Source of the DNA: the human T2T-CHM13v2.0 reference genome, Homo sapiens
Reading direction: 5' to 3' (one strand)
Assembly: GCF_009914755.1 (NCBI RefSeq)
Contig: NC_060938.1
Length of the DNA stretch: 64,000 nucleotides
The notes under the pieces are model-generated. The model made no database searches. It was not told the origin of the DNA and worked only from the letters and a program-made list of their open reading frames with translations. The position numbers were made by a program, and so were the translations under genes. Below are positions 57,619 to 64,000 of the stretch, in pieces (the first letter of the stretch is position 1; each line of letters begins with the position of its first letter).

Positions 57619-58040
57619 CAGATGATCCTCGACATACCATGGGGCTATATTCAGAAAAATCCATCATAAGCTGAAATATCAAGTTGAAAATGCATTTAAT
57701 ACACCTAACCTACTGAATGAACATCATAGCTTAGCCTAGCCTACCTTAAATATGCTAAGGATAGTTGCATTAGCCTGTAGCTGGCAAAATCATTTCAAAA
57801 AACACAGGCAACACAGTACACTATAGAATATCTGTTGTTTACCCTCAGGATCACATGGCTGATAGGAGATACTGCTTGCTGCCACTGCCCAGTGTCAGGA
57901 GAGAGTATTGTACCATATATCACTAGCCCAGGAAAAGGTCAAAATTTGAAGTATAGTTTCTACTGAATGTGTATCATTTTTGCAGCATCATAAAGTTGAA
58001 AAATCATTAAGTTGAACCATCATAAGTTGGGGACTATCTG
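57619..58040 (+). mobile_element. MER47B-like (TcMar-Tigger) element
   Basis: TIRs cagatgatcctcgacatacc / cataagttggggactatctg; internal catcatagcttagcctagcctaccttaaa. Confidence 0.82.
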
Positions 58041-58067
58041 TCTTAGTGTCAAAATATTTCAGAAAAG

Positions 58068-58263
58068 GACACCATCTCTACAAAAAAAAAATTAAAAATT
58101 AGCCAGGTGTGGTAGCACATGCATGTAATTCCTAGCTACTCAGGAGGCTGAGGCAGGATAACTGCCTGAGCCTAGGGGTTCGAGGCTGCAGTGAGCTATG
58201 ATGGTGCCATTCCACTCCAGCCTAGGTGACAGAATGAGACTCTGTCTCTAAAAAATTAAAAAA
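58068..58263 (+). mobile_element. 5'-truncated AluJ
   Basis: Linker plus right monomer with gagcctaggggttcgaggctgcagtgagctatgat. Confidence 0.9.
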
Positions 58264-59747
58264 GGCTCATGATGGCCAGATATTCAAGTAAATGAATGGA
58301 GAGTTCCATGTCCAGCCTTGAGGGAATAAAAACTAAAACTGGACCAGTCCTCCCACTGTAAACAACAGTTTCAGAGAGTAGACAGCAGGAAGCCCAGTAC
58401 TGTGATCAGAGAAAAACAGAGAAATCAATGAGGTGCATTTTGTGATCCCCCATTTCTGTCTGGAGCCACTTACCAGATTCCAGGGCAGAGAGGGGAAATA
58501 CAGAGTATATGGGTCTTGTGGAGCTGTGGAGATAAAGATCAGAGTTCAAAGAGGCTGCAGCACCTGAAATTTGCAGTGCAGAGTATCTGAGAGAAGGGTG
58601 CTATGCAGAAAAAGAGGTTCAGAAATCTCAGAGGGGGGTCTATTTGTGTCTTTAGCCCTAAACTAAGCTAAACATTCACAGTGTGAAAGCCCTTGGGCCA
58701 GACAAAGAATAATCAGGAAAGTGTTAGCTGAACAACTATCAAAATTATCACAGGACTAGAAGATATTTAAGATGTGAACAAATATAGTGGAGAGAACTCA
58801 TTCAGCTCCCAGGGAATTCCACGCCTTAAGAACAGGGCTAGACTAGAGCTAGAATGCCCCAGGAGAATCAACCTCTCAGACTGAACCTGAACAGGGAAAT
58901 AGAAAACACATATTTTCTGTATTTGGAGAGCTTAACTCTTCTCACTCAGTAATTAACAGTAAATGTAGAGAGAAAATCAGTAAGTCATAGACATCAACAC
59001 GATCAACTAACACGACCTAATTAATATTTGTAATACATTATAGCCAGTCACTGCAGAAGGCAAATTATTTTTATGGGTACACTAAGATAAATTGGGTCAT
59101 AAAACAAGTCTAAATACATTTAAGATAGTTGAAATGAAACACAACATATTTTCTAATCACAACAGAATTAAGTTTCAATATCAATGACAAAAAGTTACCT
59201 GGAAAATCTTCAAATACTTAGAAATTAAACATTGACCTTCTACAATAATTAGCACAAAGGTCAAAAAAGTACAAGACAACTTAGAAAACATTCTGAACTG
59301 AATGAAAATTAAAACATAGCTATTAAAATATGTGAGATGCAACTAAATAAATGTTTAAATTTTAGTGTTAAATGTTTACATACTTAAAAAAAGATAGTCT
59401 AAAATCAAAGATCTAAGCTTGCATCTTAAGAAACTAGAATAAGAGTAAATTTAATCTGAAAGTAGGCTAAATAATAAAGGTACAAGCAGCAATTAGTGAA
59501 ACAGAAAAAAAAAATCTAAGAAATTTAGAACTGGTTCTTTGAAAAATAAATAAAATTGACAAAATATTAATTAGACCAATAAAGATAAAAAGAAAGCACA
59601 AATTGGCCATATCAGGAATGTCTTATTGATATTAAAATAAAGGAATATTTTAAACAATGTTATGCCAATAAATTAGACAATTTAGATGAAGTTGACAAAT
59701 TCCTTAAAAGACAAATTGTCAAAACTGACATAAGAAATAGAAAAATT

Positions 59748-60806
<1,059 letters not shown>

Positions 60807-61711
60807 ACTGATGAATTCTAAGATTTAAGAACCTCACAAACTTTCAGAGAATAAAGAAGGAGGCAGCATTTCCAAACTGAATTTATGAGGTATCATCCTG
60901 CCACCAAACCAGATAAAGACATTAGGAGAAAATAAAACTAGATCAATATTCCACAGGAACACAGACACAAACACTTTTAGCCAAATATTGGCAGATTGAA
61001 TTCACCAGTACATAAACAGGGTAACAAACCCCACTTCGTCATGACATATCTCACAAATGCAAAGTTGCTTTAATATCTGAAAATCAAACCATGTGATATA
61101 TCACATTAACGTAATAAAGAAGATAGTATAACTATCTCATTAGATGTAGAAAAAAAGCATTTAACATTCAGTACTCATTCATAAGCAAGCAGGAAGTAGG
61201 AAAAAAATTCCCTAAAGGGAATCTAAAAAAGAAAAAAAGAAAGAAAACTCTAGAACTAACTTCACACTTAATGGTGAAAGAGACTCTTCCTAAGATGAGG
61301 AACAAGGCTGATACATCTGTTCTTACCACTTCTCAACATTGTACTTGAAGTCCGGGTCAGTGCAATAAGGCAACAAAAGCATCAGAAACACAGCAGAAAT
61401 ATTTAAAAGGAAGAAGCAGAATTGTCTATATTCACAGATGACATAATTATATATGTAGAAAATTCTAAAGAATTTACCCAAAAAAAGCTAAACTAAAAAG
61501 TGGATTTCGCAAGGCAGCTGGATTGCAGGTCAATATACAAAAACCAACTGTATTTCTATGTATGAGTAACAAATAATAAACACTATTTACAATAGCATCA
61601 AAAACATAAACTATTTAAGGATACATTTAATAAAAAACATCTTCAAGATCTGTATGCTGAAAACTACAGAAACTGCTGAGAGAAATTACAGACTTAATGT
61701 ATGAAAAGGTG

Positions 61712-64000
61712 TCACTGCTCCTCAGCAAATGCCAAAGAACTGAAATCATAGTCTCTCAGACCACAGTGCAATCAAATTAGAACTCAGGATTATGAAACTC
61801 ACTCAAAACTACACAATTACATGGAAATTGAACAACCTGCTCCTGAATGACTCCTAGGTAAATAATGTAATTAAGGCAGAAATCAAGAAGTTCTTTGAAA
61901 CCAATGAGAACAAAGAGAACATACGAGAATCTGGGGGACACAGCTAAAGCAGTGTTAAGAGGGAAATTTATACCACTAAATGCCCACATCAGAAAGTGAG
62001 AAAGATCTCAAATTGACATTTTAACATCACAATTAAAAGAGCTAGAGAAGCAAGAGCAAACTAATCCAAAAACTAGCAGAAGACAAGAAATAACATCAGA
62101 GAAGAATTGAAGGAGATAGAGACACGAAAAGCCCTACAAAAAAATCAATGAATCAAGGAGCTAGTTTTTTGAAAAAATTAATAAAATGGATAGACCACTA
62201 GCTAGACTAATAAAGAAGAGGGAAGAATCAAATAGACACAATAAAAAATGATAAAGGGGTATCACCACTGACCCCACAGAAATACAAACTACCATCACAG
62301 AATACTATAAACATTTCTATGCACATAAACTAGAAAATCTAGCAGAAACGGATAAATTTCTGGACACGTATACCCTCCCAAGACTAAACTAGGAGGAAGT
62401 CGAATCCCTGAACAGACCAATAACAAGTTCTGAACTTGAGGCAGCAATTAATAGCCTACCAACAAAAAAGCCCAGGACAAGATGGATTCACAGCCAATTC
62501 TACCAGAGGTATAAAGAGGAACTGGTATCATTCCTTCTGAAACTATTCCAAACAATTGAAAAGGAGAGACTCCTCCCTAACTCACTGTACAACACAACAT
62601 CCTGATACCAAAAACTGGGAAGAGTCATAACAAAAAAAAGAAAACTTCAGGCCAATATCCCTGATGAACATCAACATGAAAATCCTCAATAAAATACTGG
62701 CAAACCGAATCCAGCAGCACATCAAAAAATTCATCCACCACGATCAAGTTGGCTTCATCCCTGGGATGCGAGGCTGGTTCAACCTATGCAAATCAATAAA
62801 CACAATCCATCACATAAACAGAACCAAAGACAAAAACCACATGATAATAGAGGCAGAAAAGGACTTTGATAAAATTCAACATCTCTTTATGTTAAAAACT
62901 GTCAATAAACTAGGTATTGATGGAACATATCTCAAAATAAGAAGAGCTATTTATGACAAACCCACAGCCAATATCATATTGAATGGGAAAAAACTGGAAG
63001 CATTCCCTTTGAAAACCAGCACCAAGGCAAGGATACCCTCTCTCAACACTCCCATTCAACATAGTATCAGAAGTTCTGGCCAGGGCAATCAGGCAAGAGA
63101 AAGAAATAAAGGGTATTCAGATAGGAAGAGAGAAAGTCTAATTGTCTCTGTTTGCAGATAACATGATTCTAAATTTAGAAAACCCCATCATCTCAGTCCA
63201 AAAACTCCTTAAGCTGATAAGCAACTTCAGCAAAGTCTCGGGATACAAAATAAATGTGGGAAAATCACAAGCATTCCTTTACACCAACAATAGACAAGCA
63301 GAGAGCCAAATCATGAATGAACTCTCATTCACAATTGCTACACAGAGAATAAAATACCTACGAATACAGCTAACAAGGGATGTGAAGGACCTCTTCAAGG
63401 ACAACTACAAACCACTGCTCAAGGAAGTAACAGAGGACACAAACAAATGGAAAAACATTCCATCCTCATGGATAGGAAGAATCAATATCATGAAGATGGC
63501 CACACTGCCCAAAGTAATTTATAGATTCAATGCTATCCCCATCAAACTACCCTTGACATTTTTCACAGAATTAGAAAAAACTACTTTAAATTTCATATGA
63601 AATCAAAGAAGACCCCATATAGCCAAGAAAATCCTAAGCAAAAAGAACAAAGCTGGAAGCATCATGTTAGCTGATGTCAAACTATACTATAAGACTACAG
63701 TAACCAAACCAGCATGGTACTGGTACCAAAACAGACATATAGATCAATGGAACAGAACAGAGACTTCAGAAATAACACCACACATCTACAACCATCTGCT
63801 CTTCGACAAACCTGACAAAAACAAGCAGTGGGAAAAGGATCTCCTATTCAATAAATGGTGCTGGGAAAACTGGCTAGCCATATGCAGAAAACTGAAACTG
63901 GACCCCTTCCCTACACCTTATAGAAAAATTAACTCAAGATGAATAAAAGACTTAAATGTAAAACCCAAACTATAAAAACCCTAGAAGAAAATCTAGGCAA
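61712..64000 (+). mobile_element. 5'-truncated L1PA (intermediate age) ORF2 relic; runs off the window
   Basis: Begins at the end of the EN domain (ctctcagaccacagtgcaatcaaattagaa); ORFs [44 protein letters not shown]. Confidence 0.95.

Overview
Primate (human-like) non-coding genomic DNA dominated by interspersed repeats. These include Alu, MIR and L2 SINE/LINE relics, old and intermediate-age L1s, MaLR/ERVL/ERV1 LTRs and DNA-transposon MITEs (MER58, MER5, MER47, MER85). I recognise no host protein-coding exon, tRNA, rRNA or snRNA. The ORFs in the track are L1 fragments, Alu/LTR translations, low-complexity sequence or unrecognised chance ORFs. Large elements: a gag-only ERVL provirus relic (about 1-2539), a full-length dead L1PA15/16-like element on the minus strand (43209-50001) and a younger L1PA nested in an old L1M (61712 to window end). 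The most unusual structure is a ~205 bp, ~96% identical inverted copy of unique flanking DNA inserted into the A-rich linker of an old AluJ (9901-10465). Other notable items are a ~95 bp non-TE direct repeat bracketing a promoter-like or exon-like 1.5 kb segment (20644-22359), a MER85 with its PGBD3-binding palindrome deleted, a strong CTCF motif (29202-29220) and an Alu tail that has become a ~190 nt GAA-type tract. Subfamily names come from recalled consensus sequences, and boundaries of old repeats are approximate. I found no convincing new multi-gene system.
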